DNA from: the human T2T-CHM13v2.0 reference genome, Homo sapiens
Length of the DNA stretch: 64,000 nucleotides
Reading direction: 5' to 3' (one strand)
NCBI RefSeq assembly: GCF_009914755.1
Contig: NC_060937.1
The position numbers and the translations under genes are program-made. How positions within the stretch are numbered: position 1 is the first letter of the stretch; the number at the start of each line of letters is the position of its first letter. Positions 45,046 through 59,464 of this stretch are shown here, piece after piece. The notes beneath the pieces were generated by a model, which worked only from the letters and a program-made list of their open reading frames with translations, was not told where the DNA came from and did no database searches.

Positions 45046-45471
45046 CATATTACCTTATTCTTACAGTTACACCCTCCAATTGTCATGACTTTTTTTTTCC
45101 TCAGGACATACTGGATATATCTGTAAGAATAATATTCCCATGGTAAAGCTGTTTGCTAAAAATAAACCTAAAATTCAAAATCCTTGGATTGACATTCAAA
45201 GGCAATTCATTTTAAGTTAACTATTATTTCAATTAACTACTCCAACACTCTATATTGGAGTAGTATATATAATCTTAATGCAGAATTCTACTATCCAGAA
45301 ATTTGAGTAATTTAATATTATTTGATGAGTATCCTGTTTTCTGATTGCCACAACCTTGCTAATTTTTGTAACAAGCAAAAATAACACATACTATATTTCT
45401 AAGATTCAATTTAATATCTTCTTAGATCAATTCAGATAGAAGTTAATGTTCCATTCTCTAATCTTATATAA

Positions 45472-45816
<345 letters not shown>

Positions 45817-46029
45817 CTGTATAAGCACTTTACAAAAAAAAAAAAAAAATTCTTACTATAAAACATAGGAAGCCAGATACAGTTCTTATATAGTTTTTTG
45901 TTCGTTTGGTTGGTTGATTTTTTTCTGAAGGTACCTGGCTAATTAAGAGTCCTAAAGTAAGGACTTTGAGATTGGAGCTGACATCATGGTTAATACAATA
46001 TTTAATTGGGTTAGATTTCCTTTGTACAA

Positions 46030-46399
46030 TGCTGTGGACTGAATATTGATGTTCCCCCCAAATTCATACATTAAAACCCTTAATAACCAGTGTGATGGTA
46101 TTTGGAAGTGGGGCCTTTGGGAGATAATTAGGTTGTAAGAGTAGAACCAACATAATGGGATTAGTGTCTTTATATGAGAAGATACTAGAGCACTTCCTCA
46201 TATTCTGTCTCTCTTTCCGATTCCCCCTCATACAGCAGGAAGGTGCACATCTGCAGACAAGGAAGAGAGTCCTCTTCAGGAACTGAATCAGCTGAAACCA
46301 CGATCTTGGACTTCCTAGCCTATGAGGAGTAAATAACCTTTTCTTTAAGCGTCATAGTCTACAATATTTTTGTTATAGCAGCCCAAGCTGACTAAGACA
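46030..46399 (+). mobile_element. MLT1A-like solo LTR
   Basis: TGCTGTGGACTGAAT...GACTAAGACA with perfect 5-bp TSD TACAA. Confidence 0.9.
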
Positions 46400-48957
46400 T
46401 ACAATGAATTTTCAATGTAAGCATCAAGCTGAGAGTTATTTTTTCTGAAACATTACCTGAAGTTCATCAGTAGAATCATGGCTAACTGAGCCTACTAATA
46501 GTGTAAGAAATTATCCAAAAAGCAATAAGGCCTAAATTCAGAAAGCTGAAATTTATATTATGCTTTTGGTTATAACTCTGATTTTAAACATAGAAGCAGC
46601 TTAACAGAACATGGGTGTAGTTTGTTTTTTTTTTTTTTAAAAAAAAAAGGAATACTGAATCAGCCAGGCTTGAGTGTTTATTCTAACTTTGCTACTCATG
46701 AGGTGTATTACCTTGACTATGTGGCTTAATGTCTATGGACTTCAATGCATTTTTAAATTTATTATTTACATATATGGTTTCCAAAAATTACATTACACAA
46801 AGATTTGCTTAGAAAATAATATATGGAAAATATTTCAATATTCATTAAACTTACGTTTAAAAAGTTTCTTTAAAGTAGTGGATAATTTTGCCAAACTGCA
46901 AACGTTATCTTCAGGCCTATACATAAAATCTCAGCACTCAGGAAGTATAGGTCCAGGAAACACATAGTTTAAGCTAAATGAAAGGAATAGGCATTTTGTA
47001 AATATTTTTATGAGACTTTAGATATGTTGGTGGTGGTGGTATTGTTTTGTGTCTGCATGAATAACTGAAGTAAATTTTGCCTACTAGAAGTCAACAAAGA
47101 AAATCACATAGACATACTGAGTGAAGTTTTTCTTCCAAACTAAGAGAACCTGTTATTACCTAACATTGTCTCATTATGTCTGAATCGCCCTGCCTCCTTC
47201 ATTCATCTCCTCCAGTTCATAAATATATTCCAGCATCTTTTCATTTCTCTCCCTATGAATTTCTGAAAAAGATTACCTTCAGTGAAGTTGTCATGGAAGA
47301 GTAGGGAACCATCCAGCAATAATACCTATGTTTAAGCATTGATAGTCCAAAGACAATCTCTGTATGTCTCCTATGTTCCTAAATGATCCCACAGGTATTA
47401 GTACAGGAAAGGTGAGGTAAGTCTCAAAGGAATAAGATTTTATTTGAAGCAAAATAAATGCCATAAACATTTGATTATTTTAAGACAAAATAAGCTTGAT
47501 GTCAGTAGGAAGCTAAAAGGATCACATTGTACCTGTTCATTGTTGAAGACTTCTTCCAGTGAATATTTTTTCCAAATTTATTTGATTTATTCATAAACCA
47601 TATTTCCTTTGTAAACATTTTTTGTAACCGTCAAGCTATCTTCAGCTTTCTCTGAGTCACTGCTACCCTTCCTTGAGTTTAAGTTTGTTGCCAATGACTA
47701 CATTAAAACCTAATTATTGTAGAATACAATGAATTATAATAGCTTCTATTAAAATAAAATGTAAATAACCCATCCCATACACATTGCAATTTGACTTCTT
47801 CCTGAAGTAGTCATTGACAAAATAGAATGTGTGTCAGGAAAGCATACCCTTTAGACCTATGCTGAAATCAAAAGAACGCAAGTATTTAACAAGGGAAGAA
47901 TTAAGGTTTTAACAGCAATGCTTTGTCTAGAGGGAATTCTAGTATTGTGAAGGATATCCAGGGAGACAGCGATACAAATACAACAAGTTGACTGAAGTTT
48001 GTAAATTAATTTAGCAATTGCTATGACAAAGCTGCAGGCATAGAGCTAGCTAATAAAATGTGTCAATCATGTAGCCTTTAAATAAAAGTGCAAGGAGCAG
48101 CTATGGTAGACTGTAATGGTCCTGCAATATTTAATCTTTTTTTCCAGACATGACCTTGTATAATAAATCCCAGGATGTTTTCTGGGAAAGGAGAACTTAT
48201 TACAACTACACAGCTGTCATATTTATAGTACTTTGCTTTCTATTTTACTTGTATATTTAATGTTTTTGAATTGTTTAATTAAGTTAATATGATAATAAAA
48301 CCATTTTAGACAGAGATAAAAATACACACATTTAGGCAGCAGATATAAACAAAGTGCTACATTTTCCACAAACTATATCAGGTATGATTTCCTCTGTATA
48401 TACATAAAAAACAGTTATCCACCTAGGAATATGAATAACCATAAATTTAAAAAGAATCAAATTCATACACTTAGCAATTTAACAAAACAAATATGCATTT
48501 TGGCTTTGCTTCTACTTCAATAAAACTTATAGAAGTGAAGATTAAGTTATGGCCTGATTTGTTTTCAATCTAAATTAAGCTTTCATATTTTCTACAATAA
48601 ATGTTACATTTACAACACAAAAGATAAGATAAATGTGGCTGCCACCTGCAAATCATTGTGTTTTAAAATAGAGTCCCATCAGGATAAAAATAAAATCTTT
48701 AGAATAGTTTTAAATATAGCAATTACTCATACACACATAAACAAAGACATATTCACACAAATATGTATGTTCATGTGTAAGAAACACATGCCCCAGGAAC
48801 AATCTTGGAAAGTTTCTATTAGTAAAGTAACAACCATGTTAACAGTCTTTTTTGTTTTTATGCCAGAAAATAATATGATCTCATTTAGAAACAGTTTAAT
48901 TTTTCAGGTCTGAATCTCAGAATTTCAGAGTTTGAATGTATTTTAATAGGCATTTAA

Positions 48958-49699
<742 letters not shown>

Positions 49700-49703
49700 A
49701 TAC

Positions 49704-50006
49704 ATTGTGGAATGGCTAAATTGAGCTAATCAATATATTCATTCCCTCACATAATTATCCTTTTTTAATTGTTAGAAAACTTTACATGTACTCTATTTGT
49801 AGTTTTCAAGTATACAATTTTAACTGTAGTCACCACATTGTACAATAAATCACTTGAACTTATTCCTCCTAACAGAAATTTTGTATCATTTAACCAATAT
49901 CTTCCCACACCCCCAGACCCTTTGGGCATTCCATAATGTATACATATTTCAAAACAACAATGTTGCACAGAAGAGATATATATACATTTTTGTTTTTCAA
50001 TTAAAA
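49704..50006. mobile_element. L1MA 3'UTR pieces in opposite orientations (antisense to ~49920, sense ~49925-50006)
   Basis: ATTGTGGAATGGCTAAATTGAGCTAAT (antisense), then CATTCCATAATGTATACATATTTCAAAAC...CAATTAAAA (sense). Confidence 0.75.
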
Positions 50007-50251
50007 CAAATCTGCACCTGTGAGAACCTTCAGTGGGTTGAGCTGTGCTCTGAGATGAGAACTCCTGATTTTACACTGTGTTATTTCTTGTATTCATGGA
50101 AAAAAGCAATATACTATATGTTTTAATTTTTTAAAAGACATTCAATCTAACTGCCTGCCTAGTGTTTGAGTTGATTGTACCATATTAACTTCAGAGAGAT
50201 CAACTTGCTTTTTCTGCTTCACTGTATCTCAGAGCCACATCGTCCATCATC

Positions 50252-50568
<317 letters not shown>

Positions 50569-50888
50569 TCCATACAACTTTTAATGTTGAACAATTTTTA
50601 CTTGAAGTATGCCTCCTTTTCCACATTTGTTATTTTAATTAGATTAACATCTGGTCATAGCCCTTTTTGAATCTCCGTTCTCTTTATTATTTAATATGTA
50701 TAATTATTTAATATGTATCTTGAGATATAGAGCTAGAAAACAAGACTACTATTTGTCCTTTTCTAAATTGCAACCAGTATGACATTTTAATAGCTGTGAT
50801 TGAAAAGTGTAATGGACATAAGCGCCTCTGGTTTGTTTGTTTACGAAACAGAAATATATGTATGTGTGTTTGACTGTGTTTGTGAATA

Positions 50889-51655
50889 TGAAGATAAAAC
50901 AGGGTAGTTCTATGGACCCCTTCATGGTACTTGTGAAGAGGTTGACTCATTTACGCAGTCCACAGCTCTCAACCCCTCATGGGAACGGGAACACGCAGGT
51001 GAGTGAGTGCAGCAGCCAGGATGAACTCCAAGTGGCCCTGCAGCAGCATCTAGGGGGATACCCATGACCCCAAACACCCAGCATGTATTAGCTTTGCCAT
51101 CCACAGATGGTTTCAGTGTTTAACAGCTCAGTGGAGGGTCAGGGTGACAGCCTTTTGCACCCTCCATCTTGGTATCTGAGTTCTTGTCCTGGCATCCAGG
51201 ACACATGAATGGACTGAAGGGTGGCGAATGTGTAGGATTTTATTGAGCAGTGGAAATGGCTCTCAGTGGGATGGGGAGCTGGAAAGGGAATGGAGTGCGA
51301 AGGTGGTCTTTCCTGGAGTTCGGCAGTCTGCAGTCAAACTCTTCTGCAAAGTCTCACTGTCAAGCCATTCCTCTGAAGTCAAGATGGTTCTCTCCAATGT
51401 CTGGCTGCTTTTTCTCCACTCTCCCTCTCTTCTCCTCCACTTTTCCACTCTGTTGTGCTGGTGCCCCTCTGCCAGTGGAGCCTAGGGTTTTTATGGGTAC
51501 AGAATGGGGGGTGGGATGGGCCAAAAAGCAACATTCAAGTAGGAAAACAGGAATGCATGTTCTCACTTTGGGGCATTGTTCCACGCTTGAGGGTGTGGCC
51601 CTTACTGGGAACCACCTTCTTCTACCCAGTATTTCTCTGCCTCCTGTGCATATCA
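50889..51655 (-). mobile_element. Solo ERV1 LTR, LTR1 family
   Basis: Minus strand starts TGATATGCACAGGAGGCAGAGAAATACTGGGTAGAAG; perfect 4-bp TSD AATA (50885-50888 and 51656-51659). Confidence 0.85.
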
Positions 51656-51830
51656 AATATGCATAAATATATATGTCTGAACCCTTCTTCAAAAAAGCTT
51701 AATATATTTAGATGATAATTGGCAGAGAAGGTTTTTATTACCTAATGTCAAGTGGCCTGAAAATTATTCATAAGTGGTACTTATTTGCACTAAGTATCTC
51801 TGATTCATACTTACACATGTAATGGTGTAC

Positions 51831-51925
51831 ATCTGAAGGCATAAGATATCATTTAACTTTAATAGAGAACATACACATATCTGAAGATATAAGATATCAT
51901 TTACTTTAATAGAGAACACACACAT
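51831..51925. repeat. Tandem duplication of a 48-bp unit
   Basis: ATCTGAAG..ATAAGATATCATTTA(A)CTTTAATAGAGAACA.ACACAT twice. Confidence 0.9.
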
Positions 51926-52109
51926 TTTCCTTTTTACTTTCCTATCTTTTATTTGCCTGATAAGGTTCATTGTGCAGTCTTGGCCTTACTGTGAATTCCC
52001 ACCAAACCCAGCCAGAAGATTAAATATAAACTCTGACACAAAAACATTGCCTCCTTTTTATCTCCCACTGAAAATAATAGAATGCTGAAGTTATATTCTT
52101 GTCCTCTAA

Positions 52110-52310
52110 CATCAGACTGCCTGGGTTCGAATACTAGTTCTTAGCCTCTTTTATTCTTAACCTTACTGTGCCTCAGTGTCCTCAATGGTATAAAGTAATG
52201 CTATTGGCACCCAATACATAGGGTCATTAAGAGGCCATGATATGCTTAACATATGAAAAATGATACTCAGTATAATATCTGGTACATGGTAATCTCTCAG
52301 TAAATATTGG
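52110..52310 (+). mobile_element. MIR
   Basis: TCAGACTGCCTGGGTTCGAATACTAG...CTGTGCCTCAGTGTCCTCA. Confidence 0.75.
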
Positions 52311-52719
52311 ATTTTATCCTTAAGTCATCTTCTATTGATATTTTATTTTATGGTTTCTCCAAGTATTTCCTAAAATACTATCACTTGTGATATAGGTGAA
52401 CAGGAACCACTTCCCTTATTTAAAATATGATGAAATATTACTCTGTGAAAGATGAAGGGATGTGTTTTATTTCTTCTTTAGAAAGGAAGAACCTACATCA
52501 CTGGAGATGAAGGTAGAAAGTGATTGAAAAAGGATGCATCAGGGAAATGAAATTATATTTCATATTTTTTTAAAAAAGCAATCAGAATTACCATGTCTGA
52601 TTCCCAAGAAGAAACAACAGAGTAAAGAAAATCTCCTAAAGACAGACCCACATCAAGTTTGACAAAAACCTGTATATTCAATATGCAAAGTTTAGAGCAA
52701 TAAAATAGCATAATTGTGG

Positions 52720-52935
52720 AGGGAAAGGAAAATACTCTGAAACCAAAATGTTGGAAATTCACGCTCGTTATACTGACTTCTCTTTAGTCGTGTGACCTAA
52801 ATTGTTCCTGTACTTTACTTCCTTTATCTATATAGTGAAGAAAATAATGTTTATATGGGAAGTAAGTTAACATTTGTAAAGTGCCTGGAACAGTGACTGG
52901 CATAAGGTAAGTGCTATGTATGTTTTTGTTAAATA
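52720..52935 (+). mobile_element. MIR
   Basis: TGTAAAGTGCCTGGAACAGTGACTGGCATAAGGTAAGTGCT. Confidence 0.7.
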
Positions 52936-53152
52936 AATAAGGTGAAAGGGAAACTGATTTTAAAAGTGCTAGGACTAGTTTTCAATTAATTTTGTAATAT
53001 GAATCATGGAATTTGGATTATAGGCAGTTGGGAGATTTTGGACAAAATTTCTCAGTAATTAGCATAAATTAGCATAACAGAAGTTGTGGAATGCATGAAA
53101 CAATACAGAGCCTCTACTCTACAGATATTCTAACTCAAATGAGAAGTGGTTT

Positions 53153-53269
53153 GGGCCTGGCACAGTGTTTCACACCTGTATTTCCAGCACATTGGGAGGC
53201 TGAGACAGGAGGATCACTTGAGCCCAGGAGTTCAAGACCAGCCTGGGCAACACAGTGAGAGCCCATCTC

Positions 53270-53300
<31 letters not shown>
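53153..53300 (+). mobile_element. FLAM_C / Alu left monomer with long A tail
   Basis: GGATCACTTGAGCCCAGGAGTTCAAGACCAGCCTGGGCAAC then about 27 A; degenerate TSD GAGAA(G/A)TGGT(T/A)TG. Confidence 0.85.
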
Positions 53301-53302
<2 letters not shown>

Positions 53303-54016
53303 GAGGGAGAAATGGTATGAATCAGGAATCTAAATATCAGCAAATACTAAATAGTTCTGATCCTGAAGGTAGATCAGTATTTTTAGAAAACCTGCTCTGA
53401 GATCACATGAACCAAGTTATACAGCTAAAATCATTGTATTTATTTTTCTTTTTTCCCCTATTTCACAACAGCTGGAGTTTATTTTTCAAACAGTAAAGAA
53501 GAAAATTGAAACATTCTGCTACAGAAAATACTTCTCTTTTTTTCCCTTAATATAATCAAGTAGTTTTCAGCTTTGTGGATTTTTGCCAGCTGTGTTTAGC
53601 AGAGGGTAAATCTGACCATGAATAAAAAAAGAAATACTTAGAAGGGTGGAATCCCTCTTCCACTCAAGCTGAGAAATATAAATGTGACCTCCTCCAAGTT
53701 GTAGTTGAAGCGGAAAGTGACTTTACGGCTTCACAACTGATAAACAACAAGGGGAAGTACATGCTGCTGCAGAGACTTGACGGCCCTAATCATGAGGGCA
53801 CAGATACCTCCAAACCAGGCTGAGCCACCAATGGCAAGCATTTCACTGAAAAATAATTGTTGACTCCCAATAAAGATTTTTCTGTCTCTTGAACTTCCAA
53901 ACAAGCAAGTTTTTGGAAATATCATAAGAAATATATTTGCTTTTTGAACAGCGCTTTCAGAATTTTTGAAAAATAGGACAAATTTGTGGCATAAATTTAT
54001 TTTAAGAGTATTTGTT

Positions 54017-54342
<326 letters not shown>

Positions 54343-55689
54343 TTATAAAATGCATGCAATATTACATCTTGAACTGCACATAGTTACTGAAAAGTTATGT
54401 CTCCAAAATATTTTCACCTCCTCCAGCTGCTGAACCTGGAATTAAGTGCTTTTCTGGATTCAGTTCTCAGATTTGTTGTTGAAAGAACTCTACTAAGTGA
54501 AATGTACTCATTTGTCTCTGCTTCAGGAAACTCTAGTTTCTCACAATAGCCAGTCTTTCTAGAGACTTGCACTGTGATCTAATGAACTCATAGTCAATAC
54601 AATTTCTCACATGCAAGATATTAAATCCCTGTGTGTTTGTGTATAAACCATGGTTCCTCCTGAACAAATTCTTCCTCATTCCAAAGCATGAAATGGGGAA
54701 AGACTTAATCTACTTTTTGTTCTAGTTCTCTAATTCTCTCTTTCTCTCTCTTCTTTCTCTCTTTTTCAGAACGATTCATTGATTGCAAAACACACTATAA
54801 CATTATTGCCTCATACTGTGTACTAATGCAGAGATGGGACTTATATTTACAACTTTACTTTCTAGACTCACTTCCCAGGTTAATTAATCAACCATGGGTG
54901 CCTTAGCTTCTTGGGACCCTAGCCCTTCCTCAAGTTAATCTGCTATTCCTAGAAAGAATTATAGTGTTAAAACCCTGACTGGTCCCTGTTAATTTCTGCC
55001 TGTCAAAATTATACCCTTCCTGTGATGCCGTCTTGTATTATTATCCTTTAACACTTGGATCTTGAGCCAATTCTGTTCTTTATCACTTTAGAACACTGCA
55101 GCAACTATTGGCATTTACCATTATCTGCTGAAAATATATAATAATCTCTGCCTTTTGTTCACTTACTTGTATTAAAATATTTCCTAAAATTGGAATTATT
55201 CTATATTACTTTCTTTTTATCCCCAGTTTGTCTTTGAGTACACATAAGTGGTAAGTACATATTCATTTAAATGCATTTGATTTACATTTATACATCATGC
55301 TATTATTTTAAATGTGTGACTTCAGTTGTGCCAACTCAAGCAAAAACATATTCTTATACTTGAAAATGAAATGTAAATACAATTTATGCATACATATACC
55401 TTACAGAAATATAAGATAAATACATGGAAAGTTATGTAAGAAAAAATTTGTTTTATTATTAAGAATAGATAGAAAATTACCCTGGATTTTAATTAACAAA
55501 TTGAACTTCACTTTTGTGACTGAATTAAAAAGATTGCTCAATTTACGGTAGTATTGAATTGAGGTTGCACAGTTGCATACTTTCTCATAGTAATGATGAT
55601 AGGTGAATTGCAGAGGAATAATATTTGCAATGTAGTTTTTCAATGTAGCGTATGTGAATATTGGTGCTTGTGTAAGAATCTCCATTTAC

Positions 55690-55860
55690 TCACATATATG
55701 ATGTGCAACCTTGGCCAAGTTATTTAACCTTTTTGTGCCTAAAGGTCTTCCTTGATAACAGGAGGATAAAATAGCACCTAGATCATATTTTAACTGTTAA
55801 AAATTACAATTATAACTTAAAACACTGCATGCTATACTTATAGCCCAATAAATGCTAGCT
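55690..55860 (+). mobile_element. MIR
   Basis: ACCTTGGCCAAGTTATTTAACCTTTTTGTGCCT. Confidence 0.7.
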
Positions 55861-55864
55861 TGTT

Positions 55865-56300
55865 ATACTATTATATAATGCTATGTATAATTATTATATA
55901 TTAATATAATATATAATTATTATAATATAATATTATATATAATATAAAATATATTATATTATTATATATAATATAATATATATTATATATAATAATATAA
56001 TATAATATAATATAATATAATATTATACTAATATATTATTATAATATTATATTATACTAATATATTATTATAATATAATATTATAATAATATATTAGTAT
56101 AATATAATAATATATAATTATTATAATATAATAATATATAATTATTATAATATAATATAATAATATATAATTATTATAATATAATAATATATAATTATTA
56201 TAATATAATATAATAATATATAATTATTATAATATAATATAATAATATACAATATTATAATATAATAATATACAATTATTATAATATAATAAAATAAAAA
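55865..56300. repeat. AT-rich minisatellite/palindromic tract
   Basis: About 430 bp almost only A/T; units like ATATAATTATTATAATATAATA; perfect 29-bp-arm palindrome at 56048-56106. Confidence 0.95.
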
Positions 56301-56439
56301 CACATTATTTTTTACACTATTACATACCAGTCATTGGTCTAACTAGTATATAATAGTGTAACAAGCTAATATGAATGTCCCAACAGTTCTATAAAAGATA
56401 TTAGTTATTCAATAAATGTTTAAAGGCCAAGTTTCTCTT

Positions 56440-56960
56440 ATTTATTCAACCGCCAACATCCTTTAGACTGGGGGTCAAGAAATGTCACTGTGAGTAGCAA
56501 TTTGAAAAATGAGAAGGGGACACTCATAAAGAAATTTACAGTCAGAATTTTCTGGGGAGTAGAGACATCAGTGCCTTCAAAGATCACAAAAAAATAAAAA
56601 TAAAAAACATGGTATGCTTGAGGATCGGAGTGAAGCCTGTGGACTGTAGTAAGTGTGTGAGAGGGAGTGGGGAAGCAATAAGGCAGGGGTCCTCTCTGTA
56701 CTGCCTACAAGGTCATGGGAAGAAGTTTAGATTTTATTTTAAGGCAATAGAATGCCATTGGAGGGTTTTTAAGAAAGAAAATAACATAATCTGATTTGTG
56801 TGGTACAATTTCACACTGACTGTAGTGTGGAGAATGGATCATAGGAGTGGAAATGAGAAGGCAAAGACATGTGTTAGGAAGTGGTTCCAGTTATCCAGAT
56901 GTAAGGGATAATGGCTTGGTTACAGACTCAGAGGATACATTTGGGAACATTGATTTACTC
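56440..56960 (-). mobile_element. L2 fragment
   Basis: GGTCATGGGAAGAAGTTTAGATTTTATTTTAAG...GCCATTGGAGGGTTTTAAG...ACTGACTGTAGTGTGGAGAATGGA. Confidence 0.7.
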
Positions 56961-57564
56961 AGAAATGTTGGTTCAGAAGAAAATCCCATCCTTAGTAATT
57001 TAATTAGCACATTACACTAATTAATGAATTACAACATGGTCCTACTGCACAGAATTAGAGGTTAGAAAGATGAACAGGGCTGAAGATAGCATTTGACAAC
57101 TGGTGTATCAGATTACAACTGTGTGACACCATGTCAAATATCTAAGACTTGAATGTTGAAACACATAGTATTTTGTATTTCTTCTTCATCCTTTTTATTT
57201 TCTCACACAGAATGATTTATTTTCACTGTGTAAACACATGAGTGGCAGATGCAACCACTGTGAGAGTTCAGCAGTCTAGGGAGGAGTGGGAAAGTAGAAC
57301 TTTTGGAAAATAAAGTGAAATGTTTGAGTATTCATATAAAATTAGAAGGTTTTAGGGAAGAAAACAGCCACTTTTTCTTACAGGAACAGTGGTTTGGTTA
57401 CTGATATTTAAATTAAAAGTCTTTAAATTATGTACATTAAATCCATGAGTTACATTGATTTGGATATATTGATAACAATAATTTATATGATTGTAAGCAA
57501 ATACAAAATATTTACTTACCCATATGTTACCTAGAAAAAAACAGAATTGACAGTTCTGTTTGTT

Positions 57565-58050
57565 TTTACAGACATTTATTGAACATTTATAAAATACCAG
57601 CCCTAGACTATGCCCTCAAGGACTTTACAATCTTCTGAGGAAATCAGGCATAAAAACTGATTATTTGTATGTAATATGGAAAGTGTTCAAGAACAAGAAG
57701 ACACAAAGATCACCCCACACCACAGCAGTAATTCTTTCAACCTCTTCATTCAGGGAGGATTTCATAGAAGAGACAGTGCCTAGGGTCACTCTGGAAGAAA
57801 TGAGCATGAGTATGGCTGGCGAAGAACAGAGATAAGGGCTTTCCTAACAGGGATTAGCATAAGGAAAAGAAAGATGGCCTGAAAAATACGTTGTATAAAA
57901 GGAAATGACAAATAAATGCATATTATAAAAGCATGGTGGGGAGTTGTGAGATGTGATGCTACAGAAATATCTAAGAAAAAACTTGTATGCATTGTCTCAT
58001 TTCTCTCCATGAGAGGGATTCTCTGAAGAGTTATAAGCAGGTAATGCCTT
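57565..58050 (-). mobile_element. L2 3' end
   Basis: ACAGACATTTATTGAACATTTAT...TGCCCTCAAGGACTTTACAATCT. Confidence 0.65.
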
Positions 58051-58536
58051 TAGCATCTATCTACAAAGGAAATGAAAATAAGAAACATAAGATCATTCAG
58101 CAGTGCTTTTACAAAATTTAATATTAATCACACCTATATCTACACAAAAATTTTAGAATATCTACATTTAATAATAGTAACTAAATATGACTAAATATGT
58201 ATATATAAGCTTTTATACACACACATGTCTATATGTATATATATACAAATAAATATATGTGCTAACATTTGAGATTATAAATGAACGCTAACCGTGCCTT
58301 CAATACTTTGCATATCTTATCTCATTTATGTCTCAACATACACTTAGTTGATGCTCTTTTTATGCTATTCGATAGCTGCCAAAACTGTGTCTTAGATTTG
58401 TGTGAACTATATATAGCGAAGTGTAACTAGCTATTCAGTTCTACATATGGAACTCTTGCTCCTCTAATGCCCACTCTTTCTAAATCTAGCATTTGAGTAT
58501 TATTAATTTACCAAATGTACTGTACACAATCCGTGG

Positions 58537-59435
58537 AGTATGAATTTGCTAGGGCTTTTGTAACAAAGTTCCATGAACTAAGAAAAATTGTACTGGATAA
58601 GTTAAACATGGAAGGAAGACTTTATTCAGGACTACTCTAATAGGAAAGAGAGAATTGACTCAACTTTGCTGAGAAAACAAAAGGTGAGCGAGTTTCTAGG
58701 TACTAGGGTGAGCTAATAAAAAAGTATTGGAGGAGGACAGAGGGCAGGTTGGTCAAGATGAGTAGGTCATCTGTGTTTGCTAATTGCTATGTAAAACAGA
58801 CTCCTACTATCCCACAGAGATGGGGGAGGGAGGTAGGGGCTCTAATCTGATGTTTACATTTCAAAGGGGTGGCTCCCAAGTCCTTGAGAAAGAATTCATG
58901 AATTATAAAACAGGTAAAGGAATGGAAGAAGATTTATATCTCAAAAAAGAGAAAAAAATTTAAATTGCAAGTTTAAGTGAATGCTCTAAGAAAATTCTAT
59001 AGTCAGGAAGAGTGCTGTCTAAAGTTTCATCAAGCTGAGCAGAAAATTGCGGCTTTCTTGATCAGTTTAAGCAATAGGAACTTATTGTCTCTCATCTCTG
59101 GAGGTTAAAAGCTTGAGATTAAGGTGTCAACAGAGTTGATTCCTCCTGAAGGCTGTGAGGAAGAATCTGTTCCATGCTTCTTTCTCAGTTTCCGGTGCTT
59201 TACTGGCCATCTTTGGCATTCCTAGTCTTCCACATCTGCCACTCTCTGCTTTTATCTTCATATGGGCTTCTCCATGTGTGCATGCCTATGTCCAAATATC
59301 TGCCAGACATATTGGATCAGGGACCTACCCTATTCCAGTCTCATTGTAACTTTGTTAATTATGTGTATCTGCTGTAATCCTATTCTCAAAGTCACATTCT
59401 GAGGTACTGGGGGTAAGCACTTCGGTATATAATTT
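58537..59435 (-). mobile_element. MLT1C-like LTR split by an ERV1 LTR
   Basis: CTAGGGCTTTTGTAACAAAGTTCCA resumes at TTTAAGCAATAGGAACTTATTGTCTC...GTCACATTCTGAGGTACTGGGGGT. Confidence 0.78.
58581..59064 (-). mobile_element. MER31-like ERV1 solo LTR
   Basis: Minus strand starts TGATCAAGAAAGCC...CTCAGCTTGATGAAACTTTAGACAG; AATAAA on minus at ~58621. Confidence 0.7.
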
Positions 59436-59464
59436 TTCTTTTTTTGCCTTTTTTCTTTGTGATA

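Noticed and set aside
47405-47425. Strong donor-like GAG|GTAAGT (also at ~16600 and ~52906)
   Set aside because: No convincing paired acceptor; isolated consensus donors are expected by chance in 64 kb.
51228-51715. Dense cluster of overlapping ORFs on both strands
   Set aside because: Lies inside a GC-richer LTR1-family LTR; no recognisable domain.
55865-56300. Regular repeats that superficially resemble a repeat-spacer (CRISPR-like) array
   Set aside because: AT minisatellite with no unique spacers, no cas genes and a primate context.
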